From Candidatus Bathyarchaeia archaeon (GTDB lineage: Archaea; Thermoproteota; Bathyarchaeia; 40CM-2-53-6): DNA of 64,000 bases. Shown in pieces: positions 27,876 to 37,792 of this stretch. The stretch's first letter is position 1, and each line of letters starts with the position of its first letter. The stretch is from contig JBEKSC010000004.1 of the NCBI GenBank assembly GCA_049517415.1, forward strand, positions 82,243 to 146,242, read 5' to 3'. The notes below the pieces were generated by a model. It worked only from the letters and a program-made list of their open reading frames with translations. It was not told where the DNA came from and made no database searches. The position numbers and the translations under genes were made by a program.

Positions 27876-28682
27876 TTGCAAAGTAGATTGATGCGAAAGA
27901 TTGCACTGGTTACGATTCTTATGCTCCTTCCAATGTTCATGGTCCAATTCACGCCTGTATTCGCCGTTACTACTAACACCACGACCACGATCACCGTTAC
28001 GAGTACGAAGACTATTTCCGCTACTACCACCTCAATCGCGAGTACGGTGCTGAAAACTGCGACCGTTACTGCGACTCAGACCGCTACTGTCACTACTACG
28101 AGTACCGACGTTGACTTTGCCACGACGGTTTCGACTTCGACCGTTTCTGCTAGCGCAACTAAAACTGTAACTTCAGTTGCAAGTACGACTAATACTGCTA
28201 CTCGTACTGTTACGCTAGTTTCTACGGCTTCCGCGGTTACCGTGACTCCAATTATTACTGCGGCAACCGTGACCTCAACGCCGCTAACTACCGCCTCTAC
28301 AGCAACCGTGACTGCAACGAGTACCGTGGCTACGGTGCACGTGACCGCAACTACAGTTACTACGATCTTCCGCACTGTTACTCTCGGGGTTACCTACGTT
28401 CACACCCGTCATGCCACGACTAGCCAGACTGTTACTTCCACCTCATTCAGCCCTGTCGTTACGCTAACTACAGCCCTCACTACGGTGCGGGTGCCTGTAA
28501 CTACTACTGTCACTACAACCAAGGTTACCACTAGCACTAGCACCAGCACGAACACTGTTGTGGTGAGCACTAAGACTAGCACTCAAACTTCAACCGGTAC
28601 GGAGATCGTCGTAGTGACTACGACTCCTCCCACAGTGACTACTGTCACCACCACCACGGTGACGACAACGGAGACGACATAA
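27876..28682 (+). CDS. Secreted Thr/Val/Ser-rich low-complexity protein 1
   Basis: Signal peptide (RKIALVTILMLLPMFMVQFTPVFA), then TVT-rich sequence; start set by alignment to the paralogue. Confidence 0.8.
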   Translation: MQSRLMRKIALVTILMLLPMFMVQFTPVFAVTTNTTTTITVTSTKTISATTTSIASTVLKTATVTATQTATVTTTSTDVDFATTVSTSTVSASATKTVTSVASTTNTATRTVTLVSTASAVTVTPIITAATVTSTPLTTASTATVTATSTVATVHVTATTVTTIFRTVTLGVTYVHTRHATTSQTVTSTSFSPVVTLTTALTTVRVPVTTTVTTTKVTTSTSTSTNTVVVSTKTSTQTSTGTEIVVVTTTPPTVTTVTTTTVTTTETT

Positions 28683-28697
28683 TAGGAGGCCAGTAAT

Positions 28698-29513
28698 TTG
28701 AAAAGTAGATTTATTCGAAACGCGGCGTTGGTTACCGTACTTATGCTGCTCCCAATGTTCATGGTTCAAGTCAATCCTATATTCGCCCTGCCGCCCGCAA
28801 TCACTATAACCCATTCCACTTCTACCACTATCACCTCAGTCGTAGCTACGTTGGTGAAGGGAACCACTACTACTGCGACGTCGACTGCTTCCGCCACCGT
28901 TACGCGTACTACGACTAGTGTGTTCAGTACGGTTCAGACTTCCACTCTTTCCGCGACCGTAACTCAGACCTCGACTTCAACTGCGACTGCAACCGTGACT
29001 AATACTAAGTCGGTTACGGTGGTTTCTGCGGCTTCTACGAGTACCGTGACTCCAACCAAAACTGCGGCAACCGTCACCACAACGCCGACCGCGACCGCCG
29101 CTACTGCGACCGTGACTGCAACTAGTACTGCGGCTACCCTGCGTGTCCCCGCAACTACTACTGCTACCGATACCGACACTACTCATGTGACCGTTACCTC
29201 CTATCAGTACACTGACATTCATGTTACGGTTACCTCGACTTACACTGTATTCTCTCCGACTGTTACGCTAACTACTACTGCGGCTACCTTGCGCGTGACT
29301 GCAACTAGTACTACCGTCAGCCACACAGCCACTGCGACTAGCGTTACAACTGCGCCTGCAACCGTGACGAAGACTGCGAGTAGCACCTCAACCTCAACCG
29401 TTACCGTCCTCCACATAGCTAAGACAACTACTCAGACTACGACCGCTGCCACTCCCACTGTAACAGTAGTCACCACGTCGACAGTATGCACAGGCAACGG
29501 TTGCCCAGATTAA
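28698..29513 (+). CDS. Secreted Thr-rich protein 2 (paralogue)
   Basis: Near-identical signal peptide; GGAGG RBS; ends CTGNGCPD. Confidence 0.82.
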   Translation: MKSRFIRNAALVTVLMLLPMFMVQVNPIFALPPAITITHSTSTTITSVVATLVKGTTTTATSTASATVTRTTTSVFSTVQTSTLSATVTQTSTSTATATVTNTKSVTVVSAASTSTVTPTKTAATVTTTPTATAATATVTATSTAATLRVPATTTATDTDTTHVTVTSYQYTDIHVTVTSTYTVFSPTVTLTTTAATLRVTATSTTVSHTATATSVTTAPATVTKTASSTSTSTVTVLHIAKTTTQTTTAATPTVTVVTTSTVCTGNGCPD

Positions 29514-29884
29514 CAGTAGTCACCACGGTGACAACAACAACAGGCCTCTGAGGCGCCTCCTCCTCCCCACCGTTCTCTTTTCTTTTCATATCCTCCGCCC
29601 TACCCTTCCGCCTTCACCTTCGAGAAATTGCCACTCTCACTTACACTAAGGCCAGCACTAAGGTTCCCACGAGCTCTGCGAGTTACCACTTAGGCCGTTT
29701 CACCTAAGTTGAATTTCCGTGAGTAGGCCCAATAATAATCAATCATCAGGCTTCATCGACTGGTGACTCACAACGGATACGTTCTCAATCGCAATTAAGG
29801 CGGCCAGCTGGGTAAAAATGAGTGCCAACGATAGATGTAACAGAGTCGGTACTTAGTATGCGGGAGCTAGAAGTTCTTCGCCCA

Positions 29885-30388
29885 TCAGCGTTCTTTCTCG
29901 GTCAGAAGACGACCCAGGATTTTCTGCGGCTCTGTCTCCACGTTAGCTGCTTGCAGGTTGGCTAGTTTCGCGACTTCAATCAACTCTGCGTCTGCGCTAA
30001 GGAAGAAATCGCACTCGAGGTTCTTCGCCGTTGCGATCTGGATGGCGTCAGCTTCGTAGATGTGGCTTGAAAGAATCAGACGCCAAGCATCAACGAATAT
30101 CTTGGCAGTTGGAGAACGTATGTCGAGGTAGCCAAGCCTAAACAGTTTTATCGTTTCTGCGATAAAATTCCTAATGCTAGTCCCAAACTGAGGGTCCGAG
30201 ATGACTTTCCTGCGGAGATGTTGGTCAAGCGCACCTATCAGTTCGCCCACGTTCCACATCGAGAACGATATCCTAAGGGCACCCACCTCGGCTCGGCCGT
30301 AGACATCATCAACGAGCTGGGATCCTTTCTCTTCGACATACCTCTTGACGATGGCGCTTGTGTCAAGATACACGTTTTTTGCGCTCAT
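29885..30388 (-). CDS. PIN/VapC toxin
   Basis: VYLDTSAIVKRY...EADAIQIATA...FLSAD. Confidence 0.92.
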   Translation of the reverse strand: MSAKNVYLDTSAIVKRYVEEKGSQLVDDVYGRAEVGALRISFSMWNVGELIGALDQHLRRKVISDPQFGTSIRNFIAETIKLFRLGYLDIRSPTAKIFVDAWRLILSSHIYEADAIQIATAKNLECDFFLSADAELIEVAKLANLQAANVETEPQKILGRLLTEKER

Positions 30389-30686
30389 CTCTCATCCGTC
30401 TGATCGTTCTCGCTGTCGATACCCTGACCTTCGGCCTATGACTTACGATCTCTTGAGATGAAGGATATGAGTCCAAGACAATTCCAGCGCTGGACGCAAA
30501 AGCTTCGAGGACCGCGACAGGCGTAAAGCTGCTTAGAGCTTCCTCAACGCCAGCGCTCATCTTTCTTCTCGTCCCGTAAGCTGCTTCCACGAACCGCCTG
30601 AACTCGCTCCAAACCTTCTCGTCCAGGACAAGCGTCGTCTTAACAGTCGCCAAGAGCCTCCGCCATCTGGAAGGTATACCGTACAA
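30363..30686 (-). CDS. Antitoxin (RHH-like)
   Basis: VKTTLVLDEKVWSEFR...IRRMRDER; overlaps the toxin gene. Confidence 0.78.
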   Translation of the reverse strand: MYGIPSRWRRLLATVKTTLVLDEKVWSEFRRFVEAAYGTRRKMSAGVEEALSSFTPVAVLEAFASSAGIVLDSYPSSQEIVSHRPKVRVSTARTIRRMRDERKKRVS

Positions 30687-30782
30687 CCTTATTATTATCC
30701 CTTCCCCGTGGCGGTCCGGGTTCGGTCTCGAAACTTTGGTTTGGCGAAAGAGAAAATGACGAATCGATCAAGTTTGCGTTCG

Positions 30783-30917
30783 AGCACCCAATCTTCAACC
30801 GTTACGGTGCTGGTCGTAAGCCATACGGTAACGCAGACAACTACTCAGACTACGACTGCGACTCCGGCTACTGTAACAGTAGTCACCACGGTGACAACAA
30901 CAAGAGGTCAAATTTGA
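30783..30917 (+). pseudogene. Diverged duplicate of the 3' end of Thr-rich gene 2
   Basis: agacaactactcagactacgac...actgtaacagtagtcaccacg shared with 29382-29485 and 29511-29540. Confidence 0.8.
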
Positions 30918-31140
30918 CCAATAGAAGAACACGAGACGCTTCCTTTCCCCTAGCTTTCTCTTTGTCGGTTAATGGCCTCGTATACCTAATCAGTGCGCGA
31001 TATTCAGAATGAGGCCACCCAAGGAAGGAAAGGTATAGTGAACCCAACGTCTATAGCAGCTCCCGAATCCTCCCACCAGAACAGTATCGAATCTCGGCTT
31101 TCCTTGGAAGCTAGAGCTTTTAGCGAGTTACTCGTGAAGT

Positions 31141-31359
31141 GTGGCCAGGCGAGTTGAGTTGAAGAAGCGGTTCTTCGTTGCAATCGATTTCTCGAGGTAC
31201 AAGGGCAGGTACGTGGCAGTGGTCGGAAAGAGAGTCGTTGCTAGTGGAACCAACGCGAAACAAGTGTGGTTAGAGGCCAAGAGGAAGAATCCTACCGCTC
31301 GACCAGAACTCCACAAGGTCCCGAAGGGCGAGACGCTCGTGTTGATTATATGCGGGTAG
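31141..31359 (+). CDS. DUF5678-like protein
   Basis: YKGRYVAVVGKRVVASG.NAKQV. Confidence 0.78.
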   Translation: MARRVELKKRFFVAIDFSRYKGRYVAVVGKRVVASGTNAKQVWLEAKRKNPTARPELHKVPKGETLVLIICG

Positions 31360-31745
31360 AGTTTCCCTACCGTAAAGAGAAGTCTTCGACTTTCAGGGTA
31401 ATTTTTCGGCCAGTTGCAAAAGTGATCTTGGAAGACGAATTTGATCAATGGTTATACGTTGACTCGGGAGCAGACATAACCCTCATTCCTCTGTCGGTTG
31501 GGGACCTAATCGGGTTACGCCGATTGAAGCAGGATAAGCTGCGGAGGATCATGGGGGTCGGCAAATCTTCCGTCCCAATCATTGTCAAAACAGTATCGAT
31601 GCGCATAGGCTCCATGAGTTTCCGAGCGAGAGTTGCTTGGAGTCAAGTGGAAGAGGTCCCGCTCCTCCTCGGAAGAACAGATGTTTTCCGTAAGTTCTCT
31701 GTGACATTTAGGGAGAAGGAAGGCATAACAATTTTCAGGGCATAG
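31350..31745 (+). CDS. Retropepsin-like aspartyl protease
   Basis: VDSGADITLIP...LLLGRTDVF; start ATG 31350. Confidence 0.85.
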   Translation: MRVEFPYRKEKSSTFRVIFRPVAKVILEDEFDQWLYVDSGADITLIPLSVGDLIGLRRLKQDKLRRIMGVGKSSVPIIVKTVSMRIGSMSFRARVAWSQVEEVPLLLGRTDVFRKFSVTFREKEGITIFRA

Positions 31746-31872
31746 ACAACGAACGATGCTACGCTGGCCGTATTTCGAAACGAATCTGGCATACGAATAT
31801 CGTGTAATCAATCATTTTGCTCTTGAGAGGTAAGGCTTTATGCTATTTCCCACTTATTTGGTGGGATTATGC

Positions 31873-32109
31873 ATGACTCAGACTGTTGTCGATCAACGTG
31901 GGAGAGTCCTCATCCCAGAGGATGTGAGAGAAGGGGCAGGGCTGGATGAGGGAACCATAGTTAGGGTTGAGAATCAGGAAGATGGGATATTGATCAAGCC
32001 CATTCGCAGAGGTAAGAGAACTTGGAGGGAACTTTGCGGACTTATCCCGAAAAGGACCGGTAAACCAGAATGGCCTACCACAGAAGAGATCAAAAGCATC
32101 TGGCGATAG
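31873..32109 (+). CDS. AbrB/MazE antitoxin
   Basis: VDQRGRVLIPEDVRE. Confidence 0.88.
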   Translation: MTQTVVDQRGRVLIPEDVREGAGLDEGTIVRVENQEDGILIKPIRRGKRTWRELCGLIPKRTGKPEWPTTEEIKSIWR

Positions 32110-32504
32110 ACTCGAACGTCCTCGTCGCGTACGTTGACCGAGAGCACCCCCAGCATAGCAAAGTGAGCTCATTGGCCTCTCGTAGAGTCGCGTTGAACCC
32201 GACAGTCGTGCATGAAACTTACCATACACTAGTTTTCAAGTTGAAATGGGCGTCAGATGATGCTGCGGAAGTCCTCGCGGAGATGCTCGACGACAATCAC
32301 GTTCTATTCCTAAATCAGACTAAAGACACAACTAGGACCGGCTTGAAATTCGCAGAACGATATGCGCTCGGTGGAAGGGACGCGTTAATTTTGGCGAGCT
32401 TTGTCAACCCTTCTGTTGCAGAGTTCGAAACCTTCGATAAGGAACTGGTCCGGCTACGTAGAGTTGAGCATGGTCGCCGCAAACTGATGATTCATTCCGC
32501 GTAA
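32070..32504 (+). CDS. PIN/VapC toxin
   Basis: IDSNVLVA..HPQH..HE..DALILAS..TFD. Confidence 0.88.
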   Translation: MAYHRRDQKHLAIDSNVLVAYVDREHPQHSKVSSLASRRVALNPTVVHETYHTLVFKLKWASDDAAEVLAEMLDDNHVLFLNQTKDTTRTGLKFAERYALGGRDALILASFVNPSVAEFETFDKELVRLRRVEHGRRKLMIHSA

Positions 32505-32726
32505 CTTGCTAATGCTCCTCTTAGGTTGGAAGTTGTATCAGTGGCTACACTAGGCGTGAAACTCGGATGTTTCAGTCGTTAATTCTCTGGCGAGATCCAT
32601 TCTTCATCAGGTTCTGGGACGTAGACGCCTTCGGTCTTCTCGTTCATGATGTGACTCACCGGGTTGAATGGTCGCTAAGTTGCCTATTTGGGTTAAACAT
32701 AGTCAATATAAGGCGGTTTACGGGGT

Positions 32727-33341
32727 TTGCATCCTTCAACCTTGTTAACCACAAACATCGACCCTAATCCCGACTTTGAGGAATTTGACCTCGACGACCG
32801 AGAGCGTGAAGTCTTGAAGCTACTGTCAAGTGAGCAGAATGCACACTTCTCCTTCCAAGGCTTGAGGAGAAGGCTGGGGTTACACCAGGAAACGCTCACG
32901 CGGACCCTGAAACGCCTCGAAGAAGCCCACGTGATCGAACGATCTCCTGAAGGGTATAAGCTCAGAGGAACGGGAAGCAACTACTCATTCGCAGTTCAAA
33001 CTAACCAGCTCTTAGCCAAACCAATAATCGACGCGTATCTGCCAAGTCAAGTTGACGTAACTGTCCTCTTCCAGAAGCTGAGGGGCAGGTGGTTCAGTAA
33101 CTTCCGTTGGCTCGGCTACTCCCACGACGGCAACCAACTTTCCATGAGCTGGATCAGCGAAGACGGCCGAATGCAACTTCAAGCTCGCATCAGCAGCGGC
33201 AAAATAACCATAGGCGCTGACTCATACACAAATCAAACTGAGTCGGAACAAATCGCCGCGGCCTACCAACTCTTCGACCATATTACGAAAGTTGCGGAAG
33301 AAATGGTGCAACTAGCGAGCCCGGCACCGGTCGCCAACTAA
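32727..33341 (+). CDS. Winged-helix DNA-binding protein
   Basis: FSFQGLRRRLGLHQETLTRTLKRLEE. Confidence 0.78.
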   Translation: MHPSTLLTTNIDPNPDFEEFDLDDREREVLKLLSSEQNAHFSFQGLRRRLGLHQETLTRTLKRLEEAHVIERSPEGYKLRGTGSNYSFAVQTNQLLAKPIIDAYLPSQVDVTVLFQKLRGRWFSNFRWLGYSHDGNQLSMSWISEDGRMQLQARISSGKITIGADSYTNQTESEQIAAAYQLFDHITKVAEEMVQLASPAPVAN

Positions 33342-33546
33342 CCCCTGACCGAGTCCAAGCTTTACCAGTCATTATGGAGCAGATCCCACATTGCTACGGT
33401 AGGTGCTGAAAGAATGAAAACAACAATTGGCTATGATTCGATATGTCTCGAATCCTCCGTAACTATTCCGTGGCATCCGATCGAACGTGAACCTAGGCCG
33501 CTCGAACGCCCACCAGACCGCGGGCGCTTCTAAGGCATAGTTCCGG

Positions 33547-34482
33547 TTAGATGGCTTCGACTCGGCTTGCTAAGTGCGGGTCGAGTGGTTCGTTGAATAG
33601 TTCGGGATGAATAATGTGGGCCAGGGTCCCTATGCCGTCGAAGAGTCTTGGTCCAGAACGGCTAAAGTAGTTGTGCCCGTCCGTAGCATAAACTCGGTCA
33701 TTTCGCACAGCGTTCAGCTGTTTTGCTTTCGGTTGCTCAAAGAAATACCTGGCCTGTTCAATTGTTTTGCTTGTTGTGAATCCGCAGGGCATTAGGATGA
33801 TGACCTCGGGGTCGAACTTCAATACTGAATCCCACTCGATGTATCTGGATGGCTGTCCACGTTCGGCGAGCTCATCGATTCCCCCAGCGTACTCAACCAT
33901 CTCTGGAACCCAATGGCCAGCATTCATGATAGGCTTCAACCACTCTACAGAAAAGACTCGTGGCCTCTGAACGTTTTCAGTTAACTTTCTAACGGCCTCT
34001 GCCTTCTCGTTCAATTTCGCTATCAGTTGCTCAGCTTTCTCAGGGCGGTCAGCCGCTTTCGCTATGCTTCTGATGTCGCGTTCAATATCGCTCAGTGAGT
34101 GGGGGTTGAGTGAGACAACTTTCACCGGTTTCCCGAGCTGGTTAACGGCGGCCAAGACGTCCTCCGCTCCAATAGCGCAGACATCACACAATTCCTGCGT
34201 TACCACCAAGTCCGGGTTCGCTCTCTTAAATTCCTCAAATTTTATTTTGTATAATCGTTCCCCGCGCTTCGTGTACTCCATAACCAGTTGGTCGATTCTC
34301 TCGCTTTCCAGTTTTCGGGTGTCAAATGCGGTTTCAATCATCTTGGGTTTTCCCTTAGCGTCGGATGGAAAATCGCATTCATGGGACACGCCAACCAGTT
34401 CGCTTCCAAGCCCGAGCGCATAAACGATTTCCGTTGCGCTCGGTAGAAATGAGACGATTCGCAAATCTGCTACACCCATCAT
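33547..34482 (-). CDS. Cobalamin/Fe-siderophore ABC substrate-binding protein (BtuF-like)
   Basis: RIVSFLPSATEI..VGVSHECDFP..QELCDVC..YFSRSGPRL. Confidence 0.88.
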   Translation of the reverse strand: MMGVADLRIVSFLPSATEIVYALGLGSELVGVSHECDFPSDAKGKPKMIETAFDTRKLESERIDQLVMEYTKRGERLYKIKFEEFKRANPDLVVTQELCDVCAIGAEDVLAAVNQLGKPVKVVSLNPHSLSDIERDIRSIAKAADRPEKAEQLIAKLNEKAEAVRKLTENVQRPRVFSVEWLKPIMNAGHWVPEMVEYAGGIDELAERGQPSRYIEWDSVLKFDPEVIILMPCGFTTSKTIEQARYFFEQPKAKQLNAVRNDRVYATDGHNYFSRSGPRLFDGIGTLAHIIHPELFNEPLDPHLASRVEAI

Positions 34483-34512
34483 GCACTGAGTTCTCGAATA
34501 TGATGCGGCTAC

Positions 34513-34725
34513 TTGAAATACTGCACGTTGGCCCTTCCTGACGTGAGCTCTATGCCCCGAACCATGCGGTGTGAGATTTGCGGGTCAACTTTCTCATGTG
34601 GTATGGGTGGCAGCGAGTGTTGGTGCACGGGTATGTCCTTAAGCGATGAAGCGTTGGCGAGACTACGGACTCTGGCAAAGGATTGCGTTTGTCCAGGTTG
34701 CCTGTCCAAGTTCGATGGCGTTTGA
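34513..34725 (+). CDS. Cys-rich CWC-family protein
   Basis: CEICGSTFSC...CWC...CVCPGCL. Confidence 0.78.
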   Translation: MKYCTLALPDVSSMPRTMRCEICGSTFSCGMGGSECWCTGMSLSDEALARLRTLAKDCVCPGCLSKFDGV

Positions 34726-34893
34726 ATGTAATGTATGCGGACTTGCGGGCCGACCATGTGCCTTCTGAGAATTGACTGTTTGTGCCCAGGCGGACAAACT
34801 CAATATTTTTCAAGCGCTATTGTCAGGTTTGGTTGTGACACGCAAATCTTCTTAATGCATCCTAACCTTTCCGCAACACGTTTGGTGTAATCG

Positions 34894-35283
34894 ATGACTG
34901 AAAGACGAATAATCGACGACGCCTCGTTCCCAAACGAATGGCCCAAGAAAGAAGACCATGAAGGCCATGAGGTGCGTTGGAAAGAGGGCGTTAGCAAAGA
35001 GTACGGCGTGCATGGTGTCGCTGTCGCGGTTGACTTCGACATATGCATCGCAGACGGTATCTGCATCTCAGTCTGCCCAGTAAACGTATTCGACAAAATG
35101 GACTTTCCAGCTGAGCAGGAGAAGATTGACAAGCAGATTCCGAACGACAGCGGCAAAACGCTGCTAGACCGTTGGAAGGCCGACCCGGCCCGAGAACGGG
35201 ACTGCATCTTCTGCCGGGCATGCGAAATTCAATGCCCAGTGCAGGCGATTAAGATCACCGAAGGCGTAGGGCCCTTCGCGTGA
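34894..35283 (+). CDS. Dicluster ferredoxin
   Basis: CIADGICISVCP and CIFCRACEIQCP. Confidence 0.92.
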   Translation: MTERRIIDDASFPNEWPKKEDHEGHEVRWKEGVSKEYGVHGVAVAVDFDICIADGICISVCPVNVFDKMDFPAEQEKIDKQIPNDSGKTLLDRWKADPARERDCIFCRACEIQCPVQAIKITEGVGPFA

Positions 35284-35442
35284 TCAACCCCACATTCTTT
35301 ATTCGGCTTCGGAATGAGTAAAACAGTCTCCACACAAAATCAGACCACCCACCGTACTCCGACATCGTTTTCAGTCACCTGTCCTCGCAGTTTTTGTAAA
35401 ACGCTATATCCGTGCTCTGCACATTTCACATAGGGACTAGAA

Positions 35443-35757
35443 TTGCCGATTTTCCTTCTCGCAGCCGGGGCACTGCTCGGAGCTGCGGCAGGCGGAGCGT
35501 TAGGTTACGGCGCGGCGGGGTTAACGGGCGCGGGCGTGGGCATAGGCGTAGGCGCCCTCGCAGGCTTAGGAGTCGGTGCCGCTGCGTGGTACGCCACAAG
35601 GCCGAGGTACTGGTACCCATATCCAGCCTACCCAGGCTACTTCCAAGGCTACCCAGGCTACTTCCAAGGCTACCCAGGCTACTTCCAAGGCTACCCAGGC
35701 TACTACTACACCCCAGTCTACTACCCCGCACGCCGCGTTTTCTACACCTGGGCCTAG
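35443..35757 (+). CDS. Glycine-zipper membrane protein with a GYFQGYP-repeat tail
   Basis: GALLGAAAGGALG; Tyr/Pro/Gly-rich C-terminus. Confidence 0.65.
   Translation: MPIFLLAAGALLGAAAGGALGYGAAGLTGAGVGIGVGALAGLGVGAAAWYATRPRYWYPYPAYPGYFQGYPGYFQGYPGYFQGYPGYYYTPVYYPARRVFYTWA
35628..35704 (+). repeat. 21-bp coding tandem repeat (~3.7 units)
   Basis: ctacccaggctacttccaagg. Confidence 0.95.
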
Positions 35758-36054
35758 AATAGAGACAACGCACAACGTTGCTCCCGCAACGGAGCTTGGA
35801 CCTCGACTTACTATAACAGAAGTTTTCGCCCACCGCAAGAATTACGAGAAGTTTCTCGGGAGAGCCCTGCCATGAACCCTAAGATCACTCTCCGTCCCGG
35901 AGAGAAGAGGTAGCAGACTCTCCCAAGAGGACTGCCTCCACTGCCATCAATATTAATAATTTACGGGATGCGACGACCCATCAGTTCTGCGAAAGAGAAG
36001 TATCACTCGGCGTGTTGCTAACGGATTGGTTTTGGGCGCTCGCAATTTGGTTGA

Positions 36055-36486
36055 GTGGCCGTCAAGCTTAAAGGTGCAGACGGGGCGCTCGAACTCCGGT
36101 TGGCATTTGTTTTGAAACCTGTTCCAGTTTTGGGGACGGTTGTTTTGCTCGGCGCAATAGTTCAACTCATTTTAGGTTTTGTGGTCTCCGGCGGAATGGA
36201 TTCTCTCGTTGGAGTCCACGTACTATTCGGGCTTGTTGGATTGGCCTTGGTAATTGTGCTAGCTGTCATTGCTTTCAGGGCTAAGACTGCTACCCTATAC
36301 TCGAAGCTCGCCATGGTCATTCTTACAATCGTAGTTCTGGCTCAGGTGGGCCTCGGTCTTCAACTGCTAAGCGGAACAGAAAGTCTAATGCTCTCGCATG
36401 AGGCGAACGGGTTTGTGGTCGTCATCCTCTCGCTTCTTGTGGGAGGAATAACCTTCTGGACCGCGAAGAGGAAAGTCAAAGTCTAA
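36055..36486 (+). CDS. Four-TM membrane protein with His in helices
   Basis: VHVLFG...SHEANG. Confidence 0.65.
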   Translation: MAVKLKGADGALELRLAFVLKPVPVLGTVVLLGAIVQLILGFVVSGGMDSLVGVHVLFGLVGLALVIVLAVIAFRAKTATLYSKLAMVILTIVVLAQVGLGLQLLSGTESLMLSHEANGFVVVILSLLVGGITFWTAKRKVKV

Positions 36487-36571
36487 CCGACTCAGCGGCC
36501 GTTTCCGGCATTAGCTTTATGTCGCTATAGCCCTACGAAGAGTTCTGTGCGGGGTAGGACCTTTGGCTTAT

Positions 36572-36766
<195 letters not shown>

Positions 36767-36878
36767 TTTCTGCTAACGCATTCTCTTAGGACCACATCCT
36801 GAAGCCGTAGAACCGTATGCTGGTATACGGTATGCGGGATACTCAATACCCAAAACGTGCTCCATAGAACGACTGAGC

Positions 36879-37112
36879 TTGCCAGAGACAACGGTTACCG
36901 AGAAATTTCAGATCACGATTCCTAAAGAGGTGCGAGACGAGATGGATCTTCGCCCGGGCGAAAAAGTCATAGTTGAAAAGCGCGATACCGACAGCATCTT
37001 GGTCCGCCGCCACAGAAGGGTGCGCAACCCGCTCGAGCATCTCATTGGCGAGAAAGTGTATCATCGAAGAGTTTCCGTTGAGGAACTCGAGGAAAAAATT
37101 GAATTGCGATAA
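36879..37112 (+). CDS. AbrB/MazE antitoxin
   Basis: VTEKFQITIPKEVR. Confidence 0.88.
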   Translation: MPETTVTEKFQITIPKEVRDEMDLRPGEKVIVEKRDTDSILVRRHRRVRNPLEHLIGEKVYHRRVSVEELEEKIELR

Positions 37113-37540
37113 CGGCCCCGGAGAGTTGTATTTCATCGACAGCAACATCTTCCTCTACGCTAAGATCATGGACGGAGAGTATGGGGCGGCGTGTGCAGAG
37201 GTTCTTCGCAAGATAGAGGATAACAGTATTTCCGCGGGCAACATCTACACTCGTTGTTCTGGAAGTCGCCAATTTACTAAGAAAGTTTGGACTCACGAAA
37301 CAGGTAAAGGATGTGGTGGACTCAATCTTCTCACTTGAGCTCAGGATACTCGAAATGTCAAGTTTTGACGTAAGAAACGCGATCGAGATCAGCCAACGAG
37401 TGAACATCAGCCCGTACGACTGCGTCCATGTAGCCGTGATGCAACATGCCGAGATTGGAGAAATAGTTTCTGCGGACAAGGATTTCGACCGAGTTCCGGG
37501 GATTAGGCGGAGAGACCCGAAGGCATTCTCAGCAACCTAA
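37099..37540 (+). pseudogene. PIN/VapC toxin with a +1 frameshift at GGG 37236-37238
   Basis: FIDSNIFLYA, then ATSTLVVLEVAN...YDCVHVAVM...SADKDFD in the next frame. Confidence 0.8.
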
Positions 37541-37792
37541 GAGACTCTTCTATCGCCTTCGCGTCCAAAATGGCAGTCGACACATCGAACAGACGCTATC
37601 GCCCTCAGGAATGAGTCGGTCTACATCTGCAGCAGTTTTCAATATAACAATCTGCATCCGACACCCGAATGGCACCTCGTTGCAATGTGTCCACGATTAG
37701 CTGGACATTTCTGTCATGAGTTCGAATCCCACGAGGTGGCGTTCCAGATGGACCCCGCCGCTAACCAGCCGGTGCCTTGCGAAACGTAATCG

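Noticed and set aside
35628..35704. Mini-CRISPR
   Set aside because: Contiguous in-frame 21-bp units with no spacers
36549..36571. Alternative tRNA 5' start at 36549
   Set aside because: It can form a BHB, but the spliced product has one G too few, mispairs at position 7 and lacks U8; the 36572 start gives a canonical cloverleaf
37719..37732. Additional tRNA/att fragment (gttcgaatccca)
   Set aside because: Too short, and lacks both the conserved left arm and the acceptor-stem sequence
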